Positions 1 to 13,780 are shown, counted from the first letter of the stretch. The stretch: DNA of 64,000 nt from Rhynchobatus australiae (GCA_034780895.1 JAUZTB010000071.1:14313467-14377466); one strand, 5' to 3'. A program made the numbers and translations. Notes: generated from the sequence alone by a model not told the origin.

Positions 1-944
1 AGTGCAGTACCAAGGTCCGTTGCTCTGTCTGTGGTACAGTCATTTAGATGAAATGTCAGATCTCTAAAAAGTAACACCTGCCCTATCACTTGGATGTAAA
101 AAAACAGCGTTGCATCTAATCAGGCGAGACATACATTCATGTTCCATTCATGTGCTCGTCAATCAAGCATTAATCAGCAAAAGGTGGTTTATGTCTAGGA
201 ATGTGCCTAATATTAATCCAGTTTGAAGGAAAATGAATCTCCGGTTAATCATTGTTTTTATTACCAAAATCACATAACTTTTTCTCAAATATAGTTTATC
301 ATTATTATTTATTGACCAGAGTAAATTTACTGTTTCTTAGGTTTGCATTGACTGTATCTGGAGTGTTGTAGAAGCAGGTTGGAGAGGCATTAAACAAATG
401 CCATATAAAGGAAGAGCTCTGTAGCCCATTATACAGATTAAAGAAGGTTGATTAAAGAAAAGTTATTAATTGTTGTGAAAAGTATAAAATTGTGGACTGA
501 CGTTCATGAACTATCTCACCACCAATCCGGCCATTGAAAATTAGCTAAAATTACCAGGAACAGCCAGATCTATACAATCTACAACATAGTTTGACAGGAG
601 AGATGCAGTTGTATCATAGATTTAGCTTTTTATTTCAGGCTGAGCACTTCTCCTTTTCATTTATTTTCCTGTTAGGCATAATAAGGATGCAGAACCCAAA
701 TATGTACCTTAAAAGCAGTTATAATTGTGGACAAAATCACCTGATGTTCTTTCTTTAGATGGTTCATGAGGGATCAAAATTTTGAGAATACAACTATTGA
801 GAGAAAGCATATTGAGCCCACCTCTGAAATCGCAATATACCACCTAAACTCTAGATGGCTGATGTTGTTCATTAGTGGGTAAAGTTCTTGTCAACAATTG
901 CCTCTTGCTTGTCAGCTTGTCTCCTCATTAACGCACAATCATGA

Positions 945-1095
945 GACTGGTTTATTTGTTACTGCACAAATGTTAGACTGATTCAGATGTTGTTGTACAA
1001 ACGTGCAACTGACCCACTTATTCATGAACACATGTGAAACTGATCCACTAGCTTTTATGCAAATGAAGACTGGTCCACTATCTTGTGGACAAATT
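945..1095. repeat. Degenerate 31-bp minisatellite (about 5 units)
   Basis: g/aactg unit starts at 945, 976, 1007, 1038 and 1068. Confidence 0.7.
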
Positions 1096-1171
1096 CTGGG
1101 CCATTTTGCCCACTCATATCTAAATACAGGGTACGACCAAGCAAGAGTGATAGCCTGATTACTCACTTGTA

Positions 1172-1500
1172 CACAAGAATATAAGAAATAGAAGCAGATG
1201 TAGACCAATTAGCCCCTGGTGCCTGTTCTGCCATGCAATAAGACCTTAGCTGATCTTTGACCACAGCTCTATATTCCTGAACTAATTCCTTGATTTCATA
1301 AACATCTAAAAATCTACTGATGTATATTATAAATATACTTAGTGACTGAGCCTCCACAGCTCTTGTAGATAGATAATTCCAAAGATTCACTACGCTCTGG
1401 ATGCAGAAATTTCTTCCCATCTCTTTCCTGAGTGGCCAATCCCTTATTTTGAGACTGTGACTTTCTGGCACTAGACACCACAGTGAGGTGAAACATCAAC
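1172..1500 (-). mobile_element. CR1 LINE 3' fragment
   Basis: HSLKIRDWPLRKEMGRNFCIQSVVNLWNYL..AVEAQSLSIF, the CR1 ORF2 end, followed by a CR1 3' UTR. Confidence 0.85.
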
Positions 1501-4500
1501 CCTGTAAGAATTTTGTACACTTCATAAGGTGAGGCAATCAAGTGTTAAATTGTTTTAGGTGTTGCATAGTTATCCAGCATTTAAAAAGCAGCCAATGAAA
1601 ATTCTCTCTGAGTTTAATTTCTCAAAAGTTGTATTCAATACCTGATGGGTAAGGAAGGGATCACCTTAACTTTTACACCAACATTTCTTATGAACTACTG
1701 CCAACTTAAAAAAAATCTTGGTACTCCATTGAGTATGTAATAAGAAGAATGTTCATAAAACTCTGGAGAAAATGTCGATAGTTGGTACAGATTTTAATTC
1801 CAGGCCTTCTAAACTGAAAGCTAATCACTGTAGTCTCTGTTCCTGTCAACAGTATCACTAAGGCAAGCTCCTTTCCAACCTATCTCCGCTCCAAAAACAA
1901 TCTTGCTGTCGTCAGCTGATCAGGCATCTCTAAGATTTATTATTTCCACCAAAAAGTAATAGACCGTGTCACTGAAGCTAATTTCCTTCCGTTCTTTTGC
2001 CACTGCAAGTAGATTTAATATACCAGTTATAGCCAAATGCTTCTGTTCCTATTCCAATGTCGAACCTTCGAGCAACAGAGGAGAAAGGGTTTCTGATTTC
2101 CTTCCAGGCAATTTTCCAGTGTTTCAGAATCAGTCTTAAAGTGGAATTGTGACAAAGGCTTGGTCACATGAGATCTGACATCTGCTTTATATTAGGCACA
2201 GAGACGACATACAGCGGCTGAAACAAATCGAAGCAATAGACTAATATGTTGAAAAAGAGACGTAACGAATGGAGTGTTAAAATCAGAGAGCTCAGCAGAT
2301 CTCTATGCCATCATATCAAGACTTGAGCTGCTGTAGCCATCCAGACTTTTGAAAAGTGAATTGTGCTGAACTAGCGATTCACAGTTCTATAGGAAAGAAA
2401 ATGCAGTGGTATATAAAGTGAATCTAGAATTACTGGAAATCTAAAATTGAAAAGAAGTAGAAAATGTTGGCAATGCTCATCTGGATAGCTGGCAAATGAA
2501 AGAGGAATGATAGCTTAAGGCTTAATGTTGGACCCTTTTGGAAAATGTGGATCAATTGTCTGCCAGAATGTGGCACATTAATCATCCAACACATGTATAA
2601 CTGAGTTCAAGAATTAATGGAGGATACAACTGAAGTTTCTAGAAATTGACTAAAAACCTGAAAGATGCTGACTTGCTGTTTTCCACAACTTAATTAACTG
2701 GTCCTCGAAGTAAGTTATCTTTAATGCCTTTCAAATAAAATGCCTTTAAAGCTCCTTATTTTTTGCTACTTTCCAAAATCAAGCAGGAGAGATTTATTTG
2801 GAATTTAACCACTTATATGTCTAATGTGTTGGATTCTGCAGTTAGAGCTAAAACTTGGCTCATGTCCTGAGTGTTTAGTCCCTGGGGCCCTGTGGGATAT
2901 ACCATACCTCATATTCTATGTGATTGAGCAATAAGAGTCTCTAACATCTTATTTTGTCCCATGGACTATTGGCCTGAAAGTTCTCGTCAGCGATGAGCCA
3001 ATAACTTTCACCGTCGATCTTGAAGAAAACTCCCCACAAAGAGCCAGTAATCTCGATGAACGTCCTCTTTTCTGATATTGGTTGCTGTTAGGTGTTAATT
3101 CAAAGGAACCCCTGACACCCAGCATTTGTGATATCATCAAGCTGGCTACACAGTCAGTCATGTCAAAGGAATCCCATAGACTGCAGAGCACATTTTTAAT
3201 GAGTATTTTAATCAATATATCAAGTACTAAATAAAATTGGAATGTACAAATACAATTAGGGTAGAAGCTGAAAACTTCAAAAAAAACATTTAAAATTCAC
3301 TGGCCTTGCAGGAGCATGTTAAGCAATCACTGTGAGGCAAGCCAACAAACATTTTGATTGTAAGCTTGCTGCTGTTAAGCTTTGTGTACTACTGAATTGG
3401 TCATAAGCTAATTCACATTTTGCCAGAATGAGGTTCATTCAGAGCAACAAACTGAAGGAACTCAGCAGGTTTGGCAGCGTCTGTGGGAGGAAAGGAATTG
3501 TTGATGTTTCAGGATGAGACCCTGCATCAGGATTCTGCATCATCACTGTGAAGTCTCTTCAAGGTACGCTGACTTTGAAGGAGTTTTCTTCCTTTGTGTT
3601 TCCATTGTATTTACTCCACTGCGAGGTATGGTCACAGTTGAATATTCAAGTCTTGGGCTGGGAGGTGGTCAGAGGGTGTGAAGGTCAGGGATTTTGCTGG
3701 TAGCTAGAAGAATCAGTATGAGGGTTAGTGACAGGTACTCAGAGTTGCCAGGGATTGATTGAGATGATAGAGACAGGCGTTGTAATTTATAATTGGGTGA
3801 GATGGGGACAGGGGTTGCGATCAAAGGTCAGTGGTGAGCAGTTGCGATCAGCAGTCAGGAGATGGGTGTGGGGGTTTGGGGGGAAGTATTGGGTGTTGGA
3901 TCAGTTTGTGCAACAGATTGACTGGTGGGGAGAGATGGGCTGCTGGTTGAAGGCTTGGTGGGAGGTGTGCGAAGCTAGTATAGGGGGGGATGCGGGTGTG
4001 GGTTGATGAGAGACCCAAAGGACAGCCAGATAAGTAAATTCTCTTAAGGTGATCTGCGTGAGTCATTTTCTAAGCTCTGGTCTGGGCTTTGTTCAGGGAA
4101 ATCCCTTCAAATAAAATGAAGCAGGATCAATGAAAACCAGCTTAAGGATGAGTTACCTTCAGGTAGTTCAGGCCATCCGCACTCCAATGAAGACCGCAGG
4201 AATAACAAACAAACCAGAACTACACATTCTCCAATGTCACTGCACCCATCTAGTGAATACCAATTGGTTTTAACAGTACTTCTGCTGCAGAATCTAGGCC
4301 ATTAAGACCCAGGAGCCTAGAAATGGGATTGATCATGAATCAAGGAGTGATTTTAATGTAGCTCACGGCTGTATGTGCTTAATAAAGCTGATAACAGTGC
4401 AGGGAGAAATTAGTCTCATGGCTGCATTTGTTTATTGCCTGCACCTCACAGGAGACCCACTACTCCTGGAAATCATGAAGATGAGATCTGATCCAGAGGA

Positions 4501-6029
4501 GTGGGGGGGGGAGGNNNNNNNNNNNNNNNNNNNNNNNNNNNNNNNNNNNNNNNNNNNNNNNNNNNNNNNNNNNNNNNNNNNNNNNNNNNNNNNNNNNNNN
4601 NNNNNNNNNNNNNNATCTGATCCAGAGGTGTGGGGGGGGGAGGGCGGTGGCAAAAAATAGTCAGTGGAGTCTCACAAATTTAAAGTTAGAAAAGCATTCC
4701 TCTCTTAACAGCATCATAAGGCAAGCATAAGAAGGTGCTATTGAGGTACAGTCTCGTGAGAAATGGTTTGACTGGCAAATACTTGGAGATACTGGTCACT
4801 GCTTATATGGCACAAACCACAGTCAATCACTAACACTTTCCGTAAATTGTCAGTTATTAGCAATCAGTCCAATGTCAGTTCATCCACTGATCTTCAGGAG
4901 CCTTTATTATAATGGCAAGTGATGCCAATTTGTGTGTGGTCTAGCCTCCTACCATATCTGAGCCTAAGATGGAAATGAGTTTCAAACCCTAATGCCTTGC
5001 CAGCCATAGTGAGGAAAGCAGCATCCTTATTAATGTTTAAGAGGAAAACAGATAAAACCTTGATAAAGAGAAAGGTATGAGGTGAGAGGATGTCAGGATT
5101 AATGAACACAGATTGTATATGTCTGAGCTTTGTCTGTGCTGTTAGATAATTTTGAATCCCATTGGGTATTAGATCTCATCCATCCAGAATAATAATCCTC
5201 TCATTGTTCCATTACAGCATCTAATTGTTTCTTAAATGAATCCAGTGCTCTGGCCTGAACCTTACAGCCCACTCTAACGGTTGATTATCCTCTGTGTAAT
5301 GGCTTCTCAAGTTTTCCTAAAGCTGGAAAAGTGAAGTATAGCCGACTGTTGGTTGAGGCCTCCAGAGCATTGTTAGTACAGAGACATAGAAGATAGGCCA
5401 ACCAAGGTCACATCACAAAAGGCTCACTGCCATTCCAATTCATTGACAGTTTATATTTGTTTTATGTTTGTAACATTTTATATCCATTCGGAAGAAAAAT
5501 ATTATTCCCCTTCTCCCATCTTTTTTACAGTAAGGAATGTCCCTCGCTAAGTGTAGGGCTCAGACCTTGCTCCCAGACCTCCATCAGATCGATGCTGGAA
5601 GAAACACAAAAGCCTGTCCTCGGTGTCTGGCCTTTCAGATGTTCCCTCTGCCTGTGAGAGAATTTTCCTGAGTCTTAAAATTCTGCGGCTCTCTCACCCA
5701 CACAACCAAAAAAAATGTGAAATCCCAATAGAAACAAAATCTGCTTCAATAATCAGAAGCATGTGTCTGTTTTCAAAACATGATCAACACTTGGAAAGGA
5801 CTTCTGTACAGAACAGAGGGGGCAAAAACATTGGAATCATTTAAGGAACCGTGGTTGCTGAGAGAATTTTTGTAGGAGTAAGCTGTAGAGGGTAGATCTT
5901 AATTCTGCATGATAAATGGAAATGGGTGATAGCTGACAGGCAAACCACTATGCATCTTTCGTGAATTTATTTCATGAAATTACCAGTAGATCAGACAGAC
6001 TCTGAACTTTGTCCACATTGTTACGCTTG

Positions 6030-6375
6030 CCACTAGATGAACCAGGATCTAAGGTGGATAACTCAGAATATTAGCTACATTGGCTACTAGATCATGCATT
6101 ATTTGAGATATGTTCACTGCTAAATCACTCAGGATCTGAGATAAGCCCACCACTAGATCAGATAGGTTTGAAAGGATGCTCACTACAGGATCAACCAGCT
6201 TCTGGGACATGCTTGCTACTAGATCATCTAGAATCTGAGATACTCCTAACATCAGACCACTCAGGATATATTTCCTCCAGATCTCAAATGATTTCAGTTA
6301 TGCTAGATCACCTATGAGGTATTCTCATTGCCAGATCACTCAGGATCTAAGCTATGTTGACTGCTAGACTACTCA
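6030..6375. repeat. Degenerate 33-bp minisatellite (consensus near ctagatcactcaggatctgagatatgctcacca)
   Basis: Unit starts at 6087, 6120, 6153, 6186, 6219 and 6252 (exact 33-nt period), with looser units on both sides. Confidence 0.85.
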
Positions 6376-8444
6376 ACACTGTTGCACAAAACCAAAAATC
6401 AACTCCTAATTAGTTTTGTGGAGGAATGAATCACAATGGTCTGAACGGCCTTTGTATTAATTGTGCAATTTGTGTGGTCTAAGGCATTCTGCATTCAAAA
6501 GGCCAAGCTGTTTTATTCCTAATATGGGAATCTTAGTGAACTCTGCACGCTGTCAATTATTCTGCCAATGATTGCATCCAAAATATATGGTATAGTGCCC
6601 TAGAAAAATACTTTAAAATCAAAGTAGCTATTTTAGGTTTATCTATTCAACAATACCCAAATATGGATGCAGTATTTCTTTTGTCCTGAGTCGACTACTC
6701 TTAATCATTAATTACTTGAAGTCAACAACAATAAACTCCAAAATGTCATCATAAAATTGAATTAGATATGTCTAAATGTAACATCCAAAGTATAGTTGTA
6801 GGACTTGAATCATAGCATTGCTAACACTAATAGCAGTAAGCATTCAACCCACACAGAGAGAACTCTGAACATAAATGTAACCTTATATAAACTCTTATCT
6901 TGTAGAGATTACATTTATGTGATATCAGGGGAAAGCCAGTGGTAAATTTTGAGAAAGTTAGTATGAGGTCTCCAATGNNNNNNNNNNNNNNACTAAACAC
7001 TTTGTAAATTCCGTTTCATCCCAAATGAAGCTCTATTTCAGGTGATACCAATGGCCTTATGGAACTAGTCTCTACCACTTGATGTTGGTGTGCTCAGAAA
7101 TCAGATCAAGAGTTGGCTTGGGATAATAATGACACTGTTGTGGTACTACATATAATCAGTGCAAAAGTGTTGGTGTAACCACAGCACAAAATAATTTCAT
7201 TCCAAAGTTCTGATGTAGTTCGGCTATAGGAAGAGGCAGAGTGATATGCCTAAAAAAAACTATTACAATGGCTCACTCTCCATTGTTTAGAGTGGCCACA
7301 CTCACAGCACTCTGTGTGTTATGTGAGCCGCACCCTAGACAACTTACTTCCCATTTAAAATTATTTTTAACATCTCGTTACAAGAGCCGCATGCTGATTG
7401 GGTCATAGGTGTTCTCTAAGCCATGGGATGAGAAACTTGATTGTCTCATATTGTCTTGAACACCACTAAGCTTTGTCACTGAAGGGAAGTATGGAAGACT
7501 TGTGAGTGTTGTGGAGGGTTTCATCAGGTGATGTTGTCTCTAGGCACTGAATCAGATCACCAGCTAATGCTTAAACAGGAATAATCAACTCCAGCTTCCC
7601 ATGTTAGCTATTAGAGTGTTATGGCCTGTTTCCATTTTTGTTTGTGGGCTATATGTTCCCAGACAGACCACTTCTGCTTCTGCATCTCTGGGGAACCATA
7701 ACCTTGTGTGCCATTTCCATTGTTTCCTTGTACTGTTATTTGAGCATCTTAACAGAACAAAAATGTAGTATTTGTGTGTTTTTTATTATGACCTTTGTTC
7801 AGCATTTTCAATGCTACATTTAGTGGGACCTCGGGTATGACCTTTGCATTTAATAGAGTCACTGATTAAATCCATAATCTTGATTTTAGCATAAAATGTG
7901 CTAATCATACTTCATCCTCAAAAGTATCTTTTGAAAAGTGGACAAAAAGGCAGGATGTACAAGGGCCAGAGAAGGCGGAAATACTTTGTAATGCCATGGG
8001 GGATGCAAATTTAGGCTCAGTCTGAATCTTCTGGGTCGCTCCCCCAGTGTCACAAATTCTGTCTCAAAAGTGACAAGCATGCACTGGGCATATAAACAAT
8101 CAGCTGGAACTCAGCAGGTCGAACAGCATCTGTTGGGGGGGGGGGGAAAGAATTATTGATGTTTCAGATCAACATCCAGCATCAGAACATTTCCTATTCC
8201 TCCCCCCCAACTCCCCCCCTCAAAAGATGCTGCTCCATCCCCTGAGTTCCTCCACCAAATTGTTGTTCTAGAGTCCAGCATCTTCAGTCTCTTGTGTCTC
8301 CACGGGCGCACCCTGTTTCAGAAAGCACCTTCAGGTGGGATGTTTGCAGACTATCTGGGAAATTTGCCCCAACTTGTCACTAGGCAGGGCCAGCAGAAAT
8401 TGGTTTCTGTATTGAGCTTTAAGAAGGCCCAGGAAGAAAGAAAA

Positions 8445-8830
8445 TATTAAAGATTTTTTTAATACAGTATCGTTCACAACTTCAGGGCATTACAAAGAGT
8501 CTTACAGCCAAAGAAGTACTTCTTGGAGCGTAGGGCAGGAAATGTAACAGCCAATTTGTGCACAGCAAGTTTCTACAATTAGCAATGTAAAAACAAGCAA
8601 TTATTGAAAGCAAATGAGCAAGGTATGTTGGCTAAGGAATAGATAACTACCAGGACACTGGATATACTTTACCTTCTCTTCTTCAAAATAGTATCCTGGG
8701 ATCTGACCTGAGATGGCAGGTGTGGCCTCATTTTAATGTCATACAAGAGGTGGCATCTCAGACAGTATAGACTTTCTCAGCTCTGCCTGGAGTGGGGGAA
8801 AATCTACATTTTCTTCAATGTAGTGGGATT
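8445..8830 (-). mobile_element. Deu-domain SINE (SacSINE1-like)
   Basis: Reverse complement of Deu-domain/L2-tail motifs (cagccaatttgtgcacagcaag, ccaggacactgg, ctcttcaaaatagt, ggcatctcagacagt). Confidence 0.7.
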
Positions 8831-9744
8831 GGCACCCTGCTCCTTTGGAGTTGTTAGAGGCAAATGAAAACAGAACTTTTCTCTGCCATTCCCAGATGCT
8901 AAGTTGTTCTTTTTGGAGTAACAAGGTGATTGATGACACTACCACCATTAGGTTGGAGGCTGCTATTACACTTCCAGAGGCAGGGGTCACCCTCCCTGAG
9001 CATTGTACTTCACACTGTGTGAAATGGGACAATTCACTCTGCCCCCTTCGATGAATCCATATGATTTCTTAACTACAACCTTTCTGTGCTGATCTTGTCA
9101 AACTTTGCCAGAAATTTTCCCACCCCATCAGTAATTAATTTCCAAATGAACTTAGACCTTAAAGACAATGGACATTTATGCAACATTGCATCTTAACATT
9201 CCACATTTAAGTTTGTTTAACACTGCTACAGTTATCAAACACCTTATCAGTAAAGTATATTGTGAGTAATGACACAGCAGTTTAATTTTGAATCTATGTG
9301 CAAACCGACAGAATTCTTTGGATGAGTTTTCAGAGATGTTGCTGTTTTTCTGTGAAAGAGAAAACATTCTGATCAACAAGACACTCTGAGTGTAATTGGA
9401 ATCTTTGGTTTGGATGAATGAGACTGGGGGTAAAGAGACAGGGTTTGTGACCTTGGGTGGGGAGGAATGGTTGGGGTTCTGGCTGAAACCGAGTAAGTTA
9501 ATAAATAGATAAATACATAAATAAATCAATTAAGCACGTCTGAGCTGGAATCTCAAAGCTGGGCTGGCAGCTACCCAGGGAGGTCCCCTCTCAGTTGTGA
9601 GGCTGGAGAGCAAACAATGTCATGAAAGCGCAGTTATTTGTCTGTGTCTGGTTATAGGAGAGGCACAAAGTCACATGATGTAGTTTCTCCTGACAAAGTT
9701 CAGAAAGAGCTTCACATGGTGAATGATGCATGCAGCAAACAGTT

Positions 9745-9935
9745 AGAGTCAAAGAGTCATCACGTCATACAGCACAGAAACTGGCTCTTTGGCCCATTGG
9801 TCCATGCCGACCTAATTTCTCATCTAAGCTAGTCCCATTTGCCTGTATTTAGCCCATATCCTCTGAACCTTTCCTATCCATGTACCTGTCCAAGTACCTT
9901 TTAAATGTTGTTAATGTACTTGCCTCAGCCATTTC
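9745..9935 (-). mobile_element. CR1 LINE 3' tail
   Basis: Close similarity to 13325-13500 (catacagcacagaaac..cctttcctatccatgtacctgtccaagtaccttttaaatg). Confidence 0.75.
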
Positions 9936-12544
9936 CACAACTAGAGAAATTCCATATGAAGCCATAAAACATTTGTCCTACTCATGCTACATGATTNNNN
10001 NNNNNNNNNNNNNNNNNNNNNNNNNNNNNNNNNNNNNNNNNNNNNNNNNNNNNNNNNNNNNNNNNNNNNNNNNNNNNNNNNNNNNNNNNNNNNNNNATTA
10101 ACATGCTTCTCTCCAAATGTGATTTAACTTAAGTTGCTATATGTACCCCTGTTGACTCTTAATGCCCTCTGAGTTACTGAAGCAGGACACTCATTTCTTA
10201 TGAATTGACCAATGAAATGTGGTATCCCAATTCTGAGAATATGTATTGGATCACAATGATGCACATTTTGTACATGCTGCAACAGCAAAATACTGTCGAT
10301 GCTGGAAATCTGAAATAAAAAGAAGAAAATGCAGAAAATACTCAGTAGGTCAGATAGCACCCATAGAGGAAGAAACAGAAAGGTTGATGGCCTTAAATCA
10401 GAACTGAAAAAAAATTAGAGGTAAACAGGTTTTAAGGTGCAGAGAAAGTGGAAAGGGAAGGATGGGGCAAAAGGGAAAGTCTATGATGGGGTGAAAGGGA
10501 AGAGAAGTTGGATGACCAAAAGCAATAATAATACAAGATGGGAGAGGTGATAAAGGGATATGTAAAGAAAAAGCAGTCTCTTCCTCAGAAGAATAAATGG
10601 AAGAAGCAGAATCATTAACTGATATTGCTGAAGGAAAGTACATGCCAGTTTGATGCTGTTCAATTCTGCAGCATCATGAGAAAAGCAATGGTGTACCACA
10701 CCCTGGTTTCATTCTAAGCTGCACTGTTGGACGGAGATCTAAGGAACTGTTTGTGCCATGTCTGACTCAAGCACTGAATTTTAAACATCTAGTTAATCAA
10801 CTTAAAGCAAAATGATGTGTAGATTGCTGGCAATGTTGACATTTATTCCCTGTCCCTAACTGCCAAGAGACATGTCAGTGCACAGTACCAAAAGGTAGAT
10901 CAGAGAGGCAGGTAAGAACCAAGATGGTGCTGGAATTCCCTGGCAACTGAGCCTTGTACAGACAAAGGATTTCTTTCCTTGAAGAGCTTGGTCAACCAGC
11001 TGAGTTTTAAGCATGAATTTGACAACTTAATGGTTACATTTTAGCTGCTTTTTCAGTTTATGCTGTTTTAAAAACAAGGTTAAATTCCCTGGCTGGTGTA
11101 GTGTGATCTTAAAAATGTGGCTTTGTGTGAGACAATGGCCCGGATTTTGTAACAGAGTTTTTCCTGCACTCATTGGTAACACATCCCACTGTGTTCACCT
11201 CCCTAGGCTGCCCAATATTCAGCTCTGAGGCTACACACATAAATCCAATCACAAAGGAGGGAGAGGAGTCAGGAAAAGATCTGCCCATGAACATAAGGAA
11301 TACCACAGTGGTTTAACAGTTTTGACAACCAGATAAACCATTATCAGGCTGTCAAAGCTGTCTAACCACTTTGCCATTCAGACTTTCAAAAACATTTCAA
11401 CACTATTAAACTATTAAAATGATTTTTAAAATGTTCAAAAAACACATAAATACACTTTAAGATTTAAATAAGCCAAAACAACTCATAAAATGTAAATTAA
11501 CTGAAACCTTCCATGGTTGCTTCCAGCACATGAACAGTGACATGGTTTTTACAGCATATCTAACCTGTTGCTGGATATTTGAGGGCATTCCCTCAGTGTA
11601 AGAACTGGGGATCCTTCATGACTTTGTACTTCATCACTGGACTCAAATCCAACATTGGGGCACATTCTTGAAAAATGCCACAAACAGCCAACAGCAACTT
11701 CAGGATATTCACAGTTGCACCAAAATCCTGAAGTTGTAGCAACCTTTGTAGTGAACCGTGGGCTGTTATGTGGGTTACTGCCAACAATTCCCTGAAAAAC
11801 TTGGGCCATTAGCTTAATCCTACCTCCAAGAACTACAACACATTATCAAGGCTTTCTATCAAGGTGTATTTGAGTGAGAACTATGTCCTCATATGAAATC
11901 CCTCAGCCATATTCTGTGATATCAAAAAACTCCAAAGATAACAATTTGTTCATTTATTTAACTAAAGATTTCTCGGAAACAATCAGATGGAGTAATCAAA
12001 CAGATTGCAAGCACATTGCAACTCCCAATCAACAGCAATGACTTTATCTGAGGCCTGTGATGCTGCCTCAGCTGACAGCTACAATTTCCTCTTGAAGAGG
12101 ACTCCCAATCCTGCTCTTCTTTGCTGCAGCGAGCATGGAATTTTGCGCCTGATCCACTCAGCCACACTGTGAAGGAGGTTTGTGACGCTTTCCCACAGTG
12201 GATCAGGGATTATTGGAGGGAAAGTGGTCCTTGGCTACTCTCATGTGCTCCCAAGAGATCAACTGTAAGCAGAGGCCAGGGAATAGATCCCCTGTTTTCT
12301 CTGTGGAGATAGTATAAGGCTTGACTAAGGCACAGAGCTTAAGTGAAGAAAAATAAATACCTCAAAAGCACCATTTGCAGCTGCCAGGAGTTTCTGCTTT
12401 CTGAAAGAATTTCTCTGGCTTCAGATATTGCGTTGGACATGGAAATAGGATTCTTTCAGTAATATCCATTTTATAAACTTACATTATGGTACTAAAATAG
12501 TCACTAAACCAACATAATAGTTCCAACAACAAAACTGTGTTTAG

Positions 12545-12850
12545 GCAGTATAATTTTCATTTTCCATCTGCTCTGAAGTTGCTTGTTAATTACTGAAGGT
12601 AGAAATTACTGTTGGCTCTAAGACTGAATAAACACTTAGCAGCTCCGTATGAACTTAGCAGCTCCGTATGACATTACTATGTCTTCTATTCATATAATTC
12701 CAAGTCACAACAAATCTATTGATGCAGGATAATGTATATTTTCCATCTCCTCTGTGCATTAGCCTGTTAATTACGTAAGTCTCAAATGACTGGTGGCTGC
12801 AATACTACATGAATACTTAACACCTACCTATAGCATTCCACCTCTATTTT
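12545..12850. repeat. Old tandem duplication (about 180-bp period) containing a recent 19-bp duplication
   Basis: ttttccatct..tgttaattac..ggct..cttagc/cttaac recurs at about 12560 and 12740; acttagcagctccgtatga occurs twice at about 12634-12671. Confidence 0.65.
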
Positions 12851-13324
12851 AATGGACTCATTAACCTGTTTATTTTAAATGGGTTAATATTTCAAATAAA
12901 ATACTGCCAGAGAAATTCCATATGAAGCCATAAAACATTTGTCCTACTCATGCTACATGATTTCCAAAGGGTCTCAGATCACTGTAAACATTTATGCTTT
13001 TTACTAAAATACTTAACTCGCATAGTACTAAGGTTCAAATAGATCAAAGTGTTGTGCTAAAATAGATGTTATAATTTTATTTTTTATTTTTCTGTTTTGC
13101 TTTAGAACCTCCTTTCACCCTTTTTCTTCCCCTGAAGATGGTGAATCTTGCTTTCACTGGTTAGAATCCTATGTCCACTTTTGTGTTCACACACCGCAAG
13201 GGATACTGGGACTTTGGAAAGAATGCAAAAGGAGCGCCACAAGAAATAAACACAAAATCATTCCAATTGATTGTGCTAAACAACATAATAGTAGCTCCAT
13301 ATTGAATAGAACCACATTTTAGAT

Positions 13325-13780
13325 AAAGTCATAGAGTCATACAGTACAGAAACGAGGCCTTCAGCCCAACTGGTCCATACCGACCAAGATTCCCATCTAA
13401 GTTAGTCCCATTTGCCGATATTTGGCCAATATCCCTCTAAACCCTTCCTATCCATGTACCTGTCCAAGTACCTTTTAAATGTGGTTAATGCACCTGCCTC
13501 AACCACTACCTCTGGCAGCTCGTACTGTACACTGACCAATCTTCTAGGTGAAAAAGTTGCCCCTCAGGTTCCTATTAAATTTCTCCCCTCTCACAACCTA
13601 TGCCCTCTAGTTCTTGATTCCCAGCCCTGGAAAATGATTGTATGCATTGACCCTATCTATGCCCCTCATAATTTTATACACCTCTACGAGATCATCCCTC
13701 ATTCCCCTATGCTCCAAAGGAAACAGTCCCAACCTGCTCATTTTCCCTCCATGACTCAGTCCCTCAAGTCCTGGAACGTG
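13325..13780 (-). mobile_element. CR1 LINE 3' fragment
   Basis: Reverse complement of the CR1 ORF2 end and 3' UTR with a gtcataga tail. Confidence 0.85.

Noticed and set aside
4486-4643. Direct repeat atctgatccagagg..gggggggagg on both sides of an N run
   Set aside because: Typical unmerged contig overlap at a poly-G tract.
6030-6375. Regularly spaced ~33-bp units suggestive of a CRISPR array
   Set aside because: Head-to-tail degenerate units with no unique spacers and no cas genes, in a vertebrate context.
9942-9995. About 54 nt identical to 12909-12962
   Set aside because: An exact copy ending at an N gap and fused to a CR1 tail; most likely a scaffolding or gap-filling artefact.
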